NCBI RefSeq assembly: GCF_018350175.1
Contig: NC_058382.1
Location: 3,782,001-3,846,000, forward strand
Direction of reading: 5' to 3'
DNA: 64,000 bases
Source: Felis catus
Taxonomy: Eukaryota
How positions within the stretch are numbered: position 1 is the first letter of the stretch; every line of letters starts with the position of its first letter. This document shows, piece by piece, positions 36,501 through 57,871 of this stretch. The notes under the pieces were generated by a model. The model worked only from the letters and a program-made list of their open reading frames with translations. It was not told the origin of the DNA and searched no databases. The position numbers were made by a program, and so were the translations under genes.

Positions 36501-39500
36501 TGGAGGGGACGCCCCCGGGTCCCCCTGGCCCTGACACCTCCTCACCCTGCGGCTTCTACAACCCCGACCCCCAAGGCCTGGTCACCTTCCCCACCCACCT
36601 CTTCAGCTTGCTCTCAGGAGTGGTGAGTGCCTGGGTCCCTGGGAGAGCCCCCCCCCCCCCCGAGCCTGGGTGCCCCACCCCCCATTGCCTAGCCCCACGG
36701 TGACCTTTCCCTCGGCAGGGTTTTCTAGAATGGTCTCCTCTCTTCTATGGGTTCTACCCACCCCGCCGACACCTAGCGGTCGCCTACCTGTGCTCCGTCT
36801 TTATCATTGGCCTTCTGCACCTGGTGCTCATCCTCCACCGGTCAGTGACACCTGGGACCCCGGGGAGGGAGTCGTGGTGCTAGCAGACCCCTCCCCAAGA
36901 ATCCGGAGTCTCCCTCCGTGATCCTTTTCTCTCAGTTGGAGTTGAAATCACACTTAAAAACGTTTCATTCGTGCTAAAGACCAGTGACAAATTGGGAAGC
37001 TTCTCCTTCCCATGGCTTCAGAGTCTAGAGCGGGAAGGTAAGATCTTAACCACACAAATTTAACGACATCTTTTCTGGAGGGGAGCATGCTTTGTAGGAA
37101 ACAAACGGGTGATTCACTCGTTCCGGCAACAGCTGTTTATTAAGCACCTACTACGTGTCGGCCGCTGTGGTTCTAGACACAAACAGAAACCAGACAGAGT
37201 CCTGTCCTGGGGGAGCTGACAGTTTACCAGGGGGAGACAGGTGATAAGTAATAAGCCGTAAATGAGTCAACGACACGGTGCATTAGAAGGTGAGGGGGGC
37301 TCCGGACACAGATGCAGCAGGTGAGGCGGGCGGTCGGTGAGAATGCACCAGGCTACTGCATTTAGGGGTCCCCCAGGGATGCCTGGATGAGACGAGATGT
37401 TTAAATAAAGGCATTGAGGGGGTGAGGGGTCTGGTCAGAGAAATACCCAGGGAATGAGCACTGCAGAGAGCACAGCCAGAGCAAGGCAGGAGCAGGGATG
37501 CGTGGCGGAGGGTGCACGGGGGAGGTGGCGAGAGCCACGGGGGATGCGCCCCACTCCGTAAACGATGTGGCTGCTCTCCAAGCGCCAGGGGACTCGTTGC
37601 AGGCTCTTGAGCAGATCACCCCGATCTGATTTAGGTTTCAAAAGGCTTCCTCTCTGGCTCTGTGGTGGACGGAGGAGGGAGAAGGGGGGGCAAGAAGGAG
37701 AGAAGGGAGGAGAGTCAGGGATGCGCAAGCAGCAGGTGCAACAGTGACGGGGCTGTGGCGATAATCCAGGCAAGAGACCGTGGTGGTTTGCTCCGGGCGG
37801 GGGTGGTGGCAGGGGTCAATTTCGGATCTCTTTCTCTCCCTCCCTTCCTCCCTCCCTTCCTTCCATTGAATTTCTAGCCTCCCCCCTCAGCTTTCTTGAG
37901 ATATCATTGACCTAAATCACACTGCGTAAGTTTAAGGTGTTCAAGGTGCTGATTTGATACATTTATGTGTTGCAACGTGATTCCCACCCTGGCATCAGGT
38001 GACGCCTGCACGTCTTTACATTATCATGTCTTTATTTATTTATCTTGAGAGAGAGTGCGCGCGCGCAGGCCGCAGTGGGCCAGAGGCAGAGAGACGGTGG
38101 GGGGCGGAGGATCTGAAGGGGGCTCTGAGCTGTCAGCACAGAAAACGTGGGGCTCGAACCCACGGACCGTGAGATCATGACCTGAGCCAAAATCAAGAGT
38201 CGGGCGATCAAATGACTGAGCCACCCAGGCACCCCTCTATATTTTTCACTTTAAAAATATCACACATATCCAGAAACATGCAGAAACCAGAGGGTAGGGC
38301 TTGGTATGTTCCCATGAATATCAAGAAATGGAACATGGGGTGCCCGGGTGGCTCAGTCGGTTGAGCGTCCGGCTTCGGCTCAGGTCACGATCTCATGGTT
38401 CGTGGGTTCGAGCCCCGCGTCGGGTTCGAGCCTGGAGCCTGTTTTGGATTCTGTGTCTCCTTCTCCCTCTGCCCCTCCCCTGCTCACTCTCTCTCTTTCT
38501 CTCAAAAATAAACATTAAAAGTTTTTTTAACTTGAAAAAAAAAAAAAGAAATGGAACCTGACCAGCCTCCAGAAGCCCCTCAAGATCTCTTCAAGCTCTC
38601 ACGTTTCTCCCCCAACCCCCCCCCCACCATGCTTTGTGTCAACACCGTGGACTGCTTTCACCTGTTCAGCATAGAAGAGGGAGGTTCTCCATGCCTGTTG
38701 AGCAGGCCCCAGAGGATTCCCAACGACTGGTGGGTTGGGGGGTGGGGGGAGGTGGGAAGTTAGGAATGACTCCAGGTGTTGAGCCTCTGGAAGGGGCAGC
38801 GCTGTGGTCGGACGGGGAGAGCTGTGGAAAGGGCAGCACCCGTGGGGGGTGTGGTTTTGGCCGGCTGATTCTGAGATGGCTTTGGACACACGAGGGGAAT
38901 GATGACTAGGCAGTCACATGTGGGCTCTGGAGTCCGGTCTGCACTGGAGACGCAAACGTGGGACTCGCTGGCATTCAGGCAAGCCTGGGGGTTCTCTCAG
39001 TGGAGGAGAAAATAAAGTGGAGTGCCGTCTAAACTCCAGGCACTGTGCCAGGGCCCAGGGATACCAGATGAAGGCCCCCCACCTTTGTGCGGCTCACAGT
39101 TCAGGAGGGGAGATAAACTGCGAGATAAATAAAAAGCCAATTTTCTGCTGAAAAGCAAATCAGCTAGGGGCACCTGGGTGGTTCAGTCGGTTAAGCGTCT
39201 GACTTTGGCTCAGGTCACGATCTCACGGTTCATGAGTTCAAGCCCCGTGTGTCGGGCTCTGTGCTGACAGCTCAGAGCCTGGAGCCTGCTTCGGCTTCTG
39301 TGTCTCCCTCTCTCTCTGCCCCTCTCCTGCTCACACTCTGTCTCTCTCACTTTCAAAAATAAATATTAAAAAATTTTTTAAAAAGCCAATCAGCTATTTC
39401 AGTTTGGGAGCCCCATCTAGAAACCAGATGGGATGCTATGATCGAGGTGATAGGACAGGGAGCTGCGATTTTTTCTCGATAAAGGCCAGATAGGAAATAT

Positions 39501-42500
39501 TTTCATCTTTTCCGGCCACACAGTCTCCGTGTGAATTAAACTCCGCTGTTGTCCGGCTAAAGCAGCTGTCGACAGTAAGTAAATGAGTGCACGTGGCCGT
39601 GTTCCAATAAAGCTTTATTTACAAAAACTGGCCCCGTAGTTCGCCACCACCCCGTGATAGAGAATGGGCGGGGACCCTCATTAAATGGAGCGGTCAGTTA
39701 AGGACTATCTGAGGAGACGACCCGTACAGAGAGCCCAGAAAGATGAGGAGGAACGGGCCAGGTGAGCGGCTAAGACCTGGACATTCCGGGCACTGGAAAC
39801 TGCAAGGGCAAAGGCCCTGTGGTGAGAAGAGGTTGGGAGTGTTCTGAGACTTGAAAGGCAGGGGTGGGGGGGAGTGGAGGGGGAGGGACAGGATTTGGGC
39901 TTCAACAAGTAGGTGGGGGCTGGGTCAGGTGCGCGCTGGCTGGCTGTGCGATGAAGGGGCCTAAACGTCAGAACAAGGAGAGGCTGTGGAATAGGTTTTA
40001 AAGGGCAGTAATGTCTCATCTGCATAAAAAGAGGGTTCCACGGGCACAACAACAGAATGGATTCAAAAGGGCACGGGTGGAGGCAGAGGCCAGGTGTCAG
40101 TCCTTCCATAGGTGTCCACGGAAGGGGAGCTGGGGGCTCACGCCAGGCCGGTGAATGTGGAGACGGAGCCCCCTGGTCCGCTTTTCTCTGCATGTCTGTC
40201 CCCCCTCTGGGTCTTTGCCCCACTTCTCCGAGTCTCTGTCCTCCTTTCTCTGGGTCTTTCTCCCCCAACCCCCTTCTCTGGACATCTGTCCTTCTGAGTC
40301 TCTGACTCCTTTCTCTAGATTTCCTCTTCCTTGTTTCACTGTTTGTCCCCCTTCCTCTGAATCTGTCCCCTTTGGGGTCTCATTGTCCCCTCTAAATTTG
40401 TCTCTCCCCAGGGTCTTTTTCTGTCTCACTCTGGTTCCTGTCCCCTTCTCTCTGGAGCTCTGTCCCTCTCTACTGGGTTTCTGTCTTTCTCGGTCTCTCC
40501 GGTGTCTGTGTTCCCGAGTCTGCCTCTGAATCTCTCTTGGTCTCTGACTCCTTCTCTGCTAGGTAGCAGCTCGCCAGATGCCCGAGGCCCTAGGGTTCGT
40601 CTTCCGTTTGTCCCATAGGAGGGGGCTGACCTTCCACATCCTGTCTCCTGGCCCTTCCCTCCCTTAGCTCCGTGTCAGGACTGAAACAGACGTTGTTGGC
40701 TGAGTCCGGGGCCCTGACCAGCTACAGCCACCGCGTGTTCAGCGCCTGGGACTTCGGGCTCCGTGGGGATGTCCACGTGCGGCTGCGCCATCGCATCATC
40801 CTCTACGAGCTGCAGGTGCGCGTGGGGGTCTACACCCACACAGGGACCGGAGGGGGCGGGGCCTCGCCCAGGGAGGCGGCTCGCAGAGATGCCGGCTGGA
40901 GCCTTCTTCTAAGGAGGCGGGCCTTGGGAAAGGAGGGGGCTGGGAAGAGGCCACAATAGAAATGCCTGAGGTCAAAGGGCACAGGGAAAAGCCAGCAGCA
41001 GGAAGGCTGCGGGGCCTGCAGCTCCTCGGGGTAAGATCCAGGCCAGCAACCGGGAACTGGGCGCGGGGCGGGGCCTCGGAGGGGCGGGGCGTGGGGGTCT
41101 GGGGGCGTGGCCCGTGGTGCTGGGTGGGCCTCTGGAGGGGCGGGGCCGGGAGATCTAAATGGTGACCTAGAGGACCATGGAGGGGCTGGGACAAGGATTA
41201 CAGCAGTCCTCAGAGGGACGGTGCTGTATCAGTTCAAGTTGAGTAGGGGCTCTGGACCACCGGCCGGGCCTGGGGGGGACTGAGCCCAAATGCCCGTCTT
41301 TCTCGGCTTCAGGTGGAGCTGGAGGAGGCCGTGGTACGGCGCCAGGCAGCAGTGCGGACCCTGAGCCAGCAAGCCAAGGTGTGGTCGGTGCGGGTTCTGC
41401 TCAATCTGCTGGTGATTGCGCTCCTGGGAGCAGCCTTCTACGGGGTCTACTGGGCTACAGGGGCCACTGTGAAGCTGCAGGTGCGGAGGGTCCTGGGGGA
41501 GGGGAGTCCTGCGGGCCTGGGCTCACCTTTCCAAGGTTGCAGGACCTGAAGTCTAGAGTTCCTGCGATCTTGGAGAGGAGGGAGGGGGGTGTATGTTCGG
41601 ACCTCGGCCTTCGGGGCGCTGAAGGAAGAAGAGGCTGGGGGAGGGCGCTCCTCCAGAACCCCAGAGCCTCTCTGCTTGGTCCACCTTCTCTCGCAGGAGA
41701 CGCCCCTTGTCCAGCAGATGCCACTGGTGAAGCTTGGGGTGGATTACCTTCCGTCCATCTTCATCTCTGGGGTCAACTTCTTGCTGCCACCTGTGTTCAA
41801 GCTCATCGCCCCGCTGGAGGGCTATACCAGGAGCCGCCAGATTGTTTTTATCCTGCTCAGGTTCTAGCCTTTGCAGGGTGGGCGGGGGGATGATGGCAGG
41901 GCTGGTCTGAAGGGCGCTGGCTGTAGTTCATAAGGCACGGAAGTCCCCAGGATATGGGGCCCAGTGAGCTCTGTATTCAGATCCTGACTCTTACAGAGCC
42001 TCAATTTCTTCATCTGTGAAATGGGGAGAATGGTGAGTGTGTCCCGCACAGGAGGGGCCCAGCACATGGTGAGCACTAGTCAGTGCTGATTCCCCTTCCT
42101 CTCCCTTCCCTCCATCGGCTCCGCCAGGACCATGTTTCTCCGCCTGGCCTCCCTGCTGGTGTTGCTCTTCTCTCTTTGGAATCAGATCACTTGCGGGGGC
42201 AATGCTGAGGCTGAGGAGTGCAAAACCTGTGGCTACAAGTACAAAGAGCTACCGGTGAGAAGGAAAGAGAGGGGCCCCAAACCCTGGGCCCCCCTGAAGG
42301 AGAGGAGGAGCTGGGTGGGTCCAGACTCCAGGTTTAAAGTGCTAGAACACCCCTCCTCTTGAGGACATGGGTAGGGATGTTCGAGAAAACTGAGGATCCC
42401 CAGAGAAAGGATTGCAAGGATCTCATAGGCTTGCAATTTGGAGACTTGGATGCTTGGCCCTTAGCTTCCTGGGTCCTGAGGTCTTTCTGACCCGTGACTT

Positions 42501-44240
42501 CTTTCCTCAGTGCTGGGAGACTCGGCTGGGGCAGGAGATGTACAAACTCCTGATCTTTGATCTGCTGACTGGACTGGCTGTCATGCTGCTCATCCAGTTT
42601 CCTCGGAAGTGAGAGCCCCGCCCCTCGCTATAGCTCCGCCCCTTTCACAATCCCGCCCAGACACGCAGACCCCGCCCCCTTGTTACCTAGTTCCTTCTGG
42701 CCCCGCCCCTACCCCGCCCTGGGCCCCCCCCCCGCCTCTGGGCACACCCCCTCCGGGACTTTGAAAGCTCCTCCCCTCCTCAGACTTGCTCCCTTCTGAT
42801 TGGTGGGTGGGGCGGTGGAGGCGCCTCTGACTCGGCCCGGCCCCGCCCCTCAGGCTGCTCTGTGGCCTCTGTCCCGGGCCGCTGGGACGCACGGTGGGAA
42901 CCCAGGAGTTCCAGGTGCCCGACGAGGTGCTGGGACTCATCTACGCGCAGACGGTGGTCTGGGTAGGGAGTTTTTTCTGCCCTTTACTACCTATGCTCAA
43001 CACCGTCAAGTTCCTGCTACTTTTCTATTTCAAGAAGGTGAGGAGTGTGATGGACTTCTGAGTCCAGGGGGAGGCGGGTTGCGAGGGTCCCCAACCACTA
43101 GATCCTGAGAGAGGAGGGGTCTGGAGGACAGACTTCTGGATGTGGGCGGAGGGGTCTAGGGCGTCTTTTCGGTCCGAGGAAAGAAGGGCGCGGACTTCTG
43201 GGTCTGATAGCAGCAAAGGTCTAGGGACTTAAGGGGGCACCAGGGACCCAGACTCCTGGATGGTGAGAAAGGACAGGCTAGGGCTCAGATTCTTGTGTCT
43301 CAGATTTCCCCCTTCTCCCCCCAGTTCACCCTTTTCTCCACCTGCTCTCCGGCCTCCCGCACCTTTCGGGCCTCCACAGTGAACTTCTTTTTCCCCTTGG
43401 TCCTTCTTCTGGGTCTGACCATCTCTGCTGTTCCCGTCCTTTATAGCATCTTCCTGTAAGTGTGAGAGGCGCCTGCCTCTTCCTCCCTCCATCCCTTCGC
43501 TGTCATCCAGGATTCTGAATCTTGGCCATCCTTGAGCACTGTCTCTGACTTCTTCAGGATCCCACCTTCTAAGCTGTGTGGCCCCTTCCGAGGTCAGTCG
43601 TCCATCTGGGCCAAGATCCCTGAGTCAATTTCCAGTCTCCCTCGGATCACCCAGAACTTTCTCTTTTTCCTGGGGACCCAGGCTTTTGCTGTGCCTCTTC
43701 TGCTAATCTCCAGGTGAGCGGGCCCAGACTCCTAGGTCTGAGTTTGTGTATTCTGGGGCCCCCGCTGCCTGTTTCTAAGAGAGGAAGGGGCTGGGGACCC
43801 AAATTCCTGAGTCTCAGGAGGAGAGGATGCGGCGTGGACTGGTGGGTCTGAGGGAGGAGGCGGCGGCTGGGGTCCCGGACTCCTGGGTCTGAGGAAGGAG
43901 GAGGCTGGGGGTCCAGGTCTCTGGTTTCTAAGGGGCCGTGCATTGAAGATAGTCTGAGAGCGTTTCGGGTGTGGCTTCCATTGCTGTCTCCTCCAGCATC
44001 CTGATGGTGTATACCTTGGTCTTGGCTAACTCATATGGACGTCTCATCTCTGAGCTCAAACGCCAGATAGAGACGGTGAGCCAGATCGGGTTCCTGGGAA
44101 TGGGTCCTGGATATGGAAAGAAACAGTGGGGAGAGGCGTCTCACCTCTACCTCCCTTCACCCTTTACGTAGGAGGCGCAGAATAAGGTCTTCCTGGCACA
44201 GCGCGCTGTGGCACTGAGCTCGGCCAGCGGGGCTCTTTGA
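33509..44240 (+). CDS. TMC4: Transmembrane channel-like protein 4; 15 exons, 705 aa
   Basis: Exons 33509-33587, 34150-34363, 35578-35723, 36390-36622, 36719-36840, 40668-40815, 41313-41480, 41697-41860, 42128-42254, 42511-42608, 42854-43037, 43325-43455, 43558-43713, 43997-44075, 44172-44240, total 2118 nt with consistent phases. Contains the TMC-domain start [13 protein letters not shown] and [16 protein letters not shown]. Confidence 0.97.
33620..36350 (+). repeat. MSR1-like arrays in TMC4 intron 1 (33620-34118) and intron 3 (35730-36350)
   Basis: Same unit as the 31.5-32.2 kb array; flanked or interrupted by N gaps. Confidence 0.8.
34600..35150. mobile_element. MER21-family LTR remnant in TMC4 intron 2
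   Basis: TTTATGGAGG..TTGATTAAATC..CCTCCAGCCCC..GGAGGTCGGGGGTGGGGCTG..GTTCCAA..CCAGGAACAGGGACAAA. Confidence 0.7.
38030..39385. mobile_element. Can-SINEs in TMC4 intron 5: 38030-38233 (-), 38337-38550 (+), 39166-39385 (+)
   Basis: Consensus heads and tails. Confidence 0.9.
43045..43930 (+). repeat. Degenerate MSR1-like units in TMC4 introns 11 and 13
   Basis: GGACTCCTGGGTCTGAGGAAGGAGGAGGCTGGGG and variants. Confidence 0.7.
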
Positions 44241-44442
44241 CCTCCCCTACCCTTGCTCAGGACGATGTCCCACTTTCTGACCCAGACCTGCCCCCCCAGA
44301 CCCTTTGTAAGCCTCCGGCACGTCATCTGTAAAATGGAGGAAGTGGAGAAAACCCATGCCCTTAACAGCCTTGGGATTCGGGGATTCCCAGGACTCTGAA
44401 GCTCCCCCACCCTTGGACTCCAGTGAACGTCTCTCTTTTATC

Positions 44443-44448
44443 AATAAA
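44443..44448 (+). terminator. TMC4 polyadenylation signal
   Basis: AATAAA about 200 nt after the TMC4 stop, with a downstream GT-rich GTGGTTTGT. Confidence 0.8.
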
Positions 44449-44499
44449 GATGGCCCAGCTTGCAGAGAGTGGTTTGTAAATTGCATTCTGCAGCGGGGC

Positions 44500-45150
44500 G
44501 GGGGAGGAGTCGGGCGCAAGTCAATCAAGTGAATTGGCCTCGACAAGGCTTGACAGACGTGCCGGCCAATTAGCGGCCGCGTCCGGTAAGCTTCAGCGCG
44601 GGGACACGTGATTGGCTCAGAACCCTGGTAGGAGGCGGTCGCTAGGCTACAGCAACCCAAATTCGGGCATCTCAGTCAGCTCTCCTTACGGACTTGGGGG
44701 CGTGGCAATCAGCCCAGGCCCAATCCGTAGCTAAAACAGGAACAACAGGGAGGGGCACTCTCTCGCCAATAGGAAGTGGTTGGAGGCGGGCCTGCCAGTG
44801 GGTGACCGGCTACGACGCCATGAATATCTTGCCCAAGAAGAGCTGGCACGTCCGGAACAAAGACAATGTCGCCCGTGTGCGGCGTGACGAGGCTCAGGCC
44901 CGGGAGGAGGAGAAAGAGCGTGAGCGGAGAGTGCTGCTCGCTCAGCAGGAGGTAAGCCCCGAGCGCGGCCGGAGGGGAGTCCCGGGCCGATCGCGCAGGC
45001 GCTTTGGGATTGGCCGGAAGTGGGGGTGGCGCGCAGGCGTGGTGCATCCCGTGAGGTAGGAGGGGTTGGGCGCCGCTGGAGGCGCGTGTCCACCTGTGCC
45101 TGTGTCCGCCGTGCGGGGCCCGCCTAGGCCTCCGCTTTGTCTTGGTGTCC
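44500..45150 (+). promoter_or_regulatory. LENG1 CpG-island promoter with CCAAT boxes
   Basis: CCAAT/ATTGG at 44533, 44566, 44611, 44720, 44766; ETS-type GGAAGT at 44772; CpG-rich. Confidence 0.8.
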
Positions 45151-47696
45151 CCCACTTGTGTCTTTCGCGAGGCTGAAGAGTGCCTGGTACAGAGTAGCGG
45201 CCTGTGAAAAGTGAACCCCTGAGCAGTTCAAGGAAACTCGGACTAGTTTGCCTGCACAACCTCCCTGTTGAGCGTCTACTGTATGCTCGCCCGGTGCAGA
45301 GCATTTGACCTGCAGTCTCTCAAGCTGTGGGGCGAGCCCTCTCCCTGCCCTCCCCGCTCCAGGGGCTTTCCGTGTAACTCCTAACCTCCTGCTTATACGT
45401 AGTTTTGTTCTTTAGTGAATCTGATCCTTAAAGCTCACTGCACCTCGAGATGGGCTGGGCTTTTAAAATTAACCTATTGGTAGAGATTGCACGCCGTGGT
45501 GGATGGAGCCCTGCCTGTGATCCAGATCGCCTGTTGGCATGCTTTGGGCTGTTTGTCTCCACCCGAGATTGGGAACTCTGCTGGTTGACTGTTGGGGAAG
45601 GAGGCAACTTACAAACCAGGTGTCCCGCATTCCCCCACGCCCTCCGCGGGCTGGGACAGGTGCCTCTTCTGGACCCCCAGCACTAAGGACCGCGTTTTCT
45701 GTGGTCCAGTGTCACACCTATGTGAATCACATCGAGGTTCTCAATGTTGTGCCTGTGACTGACTCTTCCCCAGGCCCGCACAGAATTCCTACGGAAGAAA
45801 GCCAGGCGTCAGAACTCACTACCTGAGCTGGAAGCAGCAGAGGCAGGAGCCCCGACTCCCGGCCCTGTGGACCTATTCCGGGAGCTGCTAGAGGAAGGGA
45901 AAGGGGTGACCAGAGGCAACAAAGAGTACGAGGAAGAAAAGCGACAGGAGAAAGTAAGTTGGGCTGCCACCTCATGAGTCATGGGTGGGGCTGGGGGCGT
46001 CTGTCCTCCCGTGTGACTAACAGGAGTATGGAGTGAGGGTGGGGATTAAGTGAGCTGATAAAGAGGACCCAGAGGGGTCCCGGAACCTAGCACTCAGAAG
46101 TGCTGTTTATTGCCATCCAAGCCTGCAGCCACTTGGGAGTGGCTGCTAGTTGCAGACCCATTGGCCTGGCGTCCAGGCCCTGTTGGGGTTTGGGAAGTGT
46201 CCAGGAGCTTTGTCGGCGTAAAGCGCATCCTGTCACTCGCGCCTACTCGGGGATTCCCACCCAACTATGAACTTGCCTCCCTCTGTGCCTTGCTTGCTGC
46301 TTTGTCTTCAAATTATATCCTCAAAGATGTCTGCCTTTGAACCCTACAGGAGCACCACCTGTCCTTCCCTTCTGTGCTTTTTGTTACTGAACCTGCACTT
46401 GTGCCCAGGGCTGGAGGCTCACCTGTGCTGGTCTTTTGTGTCCCTAGAACATAGCAGAGCTGGCTCGTGACCTCTCTCCAGCACCTGTTGGCTAAGCTGG
46501 TTCTGCCTTGCCCGGGAGCCTTGGGCGTCCTGGTATCTCCTGTATCCCCTGGTATCCCCGGCGTGGTGGCCTCCCTGCGGGAGCCATTCTTGACATCCGC
46601 ACCTCCCTATTTTCTGTCCTTTCAGGAGAGGCAGGAGAAAGCTCTGGGGATCCTCACATACCTGGGCCAGAGTGCTGCGGAAGCCCAGACTCAACCACCT
46701 TGGTACCAGCTCCCCCCAGGGCGGGGGGCGCCCCCACCTGGCCCAGGTCCAGATGAAAAGATCAAGCAGCGCCTGGACCCTCTGCGGGAGATGCAGAAGC
46801 ACTTGAAGAAGAAGAGGCGGCACAGTGGTGATGGTGGTCACAGCAGAAAGGGAAAGGAGGGGCCGGACAAGCAGCGGCCGGAAGCGTAAGGAAGCTGGGC
46901 GGGCGGCGTCGGGGGCTGGCTGGGCAGAGAGGTGGCCTGGGCACCGTGTCTGGGGGTCTGCAGAGCAGTGAACTTTCAGTCTTGAGTGTGCAGTGGCTTC
47001 CAGACACTGCTGTGGTAAATCGAGGGATGTTGCCTCGTTTTCAAGATTTTGCTCCTTCTATGCTAAATAGTAACAGATAAAACCCACAGGCACACAAAGC
47101 TCTCGGGGGTCCTTGAGACCAGTTTGAGAACTACGGGGTCACTAAGAGCAGGTTTGTGTCCCTAGGAGGACAAAGCCGTGAGCAGAACTGGCATACAGTC
47201 TCTTGTCTTCTACATAAGGGGAAACTGAGGCCCCAGCTGTGCTCATCGTCACAGCTGATTGCTGCTGGGTGCCCCTCCAGATCGAGAGCGCTGCTCTTAA
47301 AGATGGGGGTGGTAGGAGCCCACACAGGGGGAGGCTGAGGTCTTAACGCACTGCATGAAGCCAGCTTCCGGCCCGCAGGCACGGGGTCCAGGTGGCAGCT
47401 CCTCCTTGGGGGGGGTGGGGGGGCGGGGCACTCTGGGGCCTATGAGCTTTTTAACCAGACTCCTGTGCCCCCAGACGCCCATCCCTGGACCAGCTTCGAG
47501 CTGAACGTCTCCGGCGGGAAGCAACAGAGCGTGCTCGGGCAGAGGCCCTGCTGGCCCGAGTGAGGGGCACGGCCCCCTCGGAGGAACAGCCTGTGGAGAT
47601 GGACGAACGGCGGGGGCGGTACAACTCCCAGTTCAACCCCCAGTGGGCCCGGCGCCCTGCCAACAAGACCCCAGCGCTTACGGACTCCTGGGGGGA
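44820..47696 (+). CDS. LENG1: Leukocyte receptor cluster member 1; 4 exons, stop codon not seen before the N gap
   Basis: Exons 44820-44951, 45774-45953, 46626-46885, 47475 to at least 47696. Starts [24 protein letters not shown] (CIR N-terminal-like); late motif RYNSQFNPQ. The frame runs into the gap at 47697-47852. Confidence 0.93.
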
Positions 47697-47969
47697 NNNN
47701 NNNNNNNNNNNNNNNNNNNNNNNNNNNNNNNNNNNNNNNNNNNNNNNNNNNNNNNNNNNNNNNNNNNNNNNNNNNNNNNNNNNNNNNNNNNNNNNNNNNN
47801 NNNNNNNNNNNNNNNNNNNNNNNNNNNNNNNNNNNNNNNNNNNNNNNNNNNNGATGAGGGCTGCCCCATGGCCTGGGGCCTCCCCCAGTCTCCCAGGGCA
47901 AGGCCCTCACCTGGGCAGGGGGATCAGCATGCGGGGGGGAGGGGAGGGTGGNNNNNNNNNNNNNNNNNN

Positions 47970-57871
<9,902 letters not shown>

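Noticed and set aside
1146-39385. tRNA-like A/B-box sequences
   Set aside because: They are heads of tRNA-derived Can-SINEs with CT-rich bodies and poly-A tails, not tRNA genes.
40180-40560. Long CT-rich tract before TMC4 exon 6 (similar at 21880-22150 and 34400-34590)
   Set aside because: Common low-complexity intronic pyrimidine tract with no defined unit; its ORFs are compositional artefacts.
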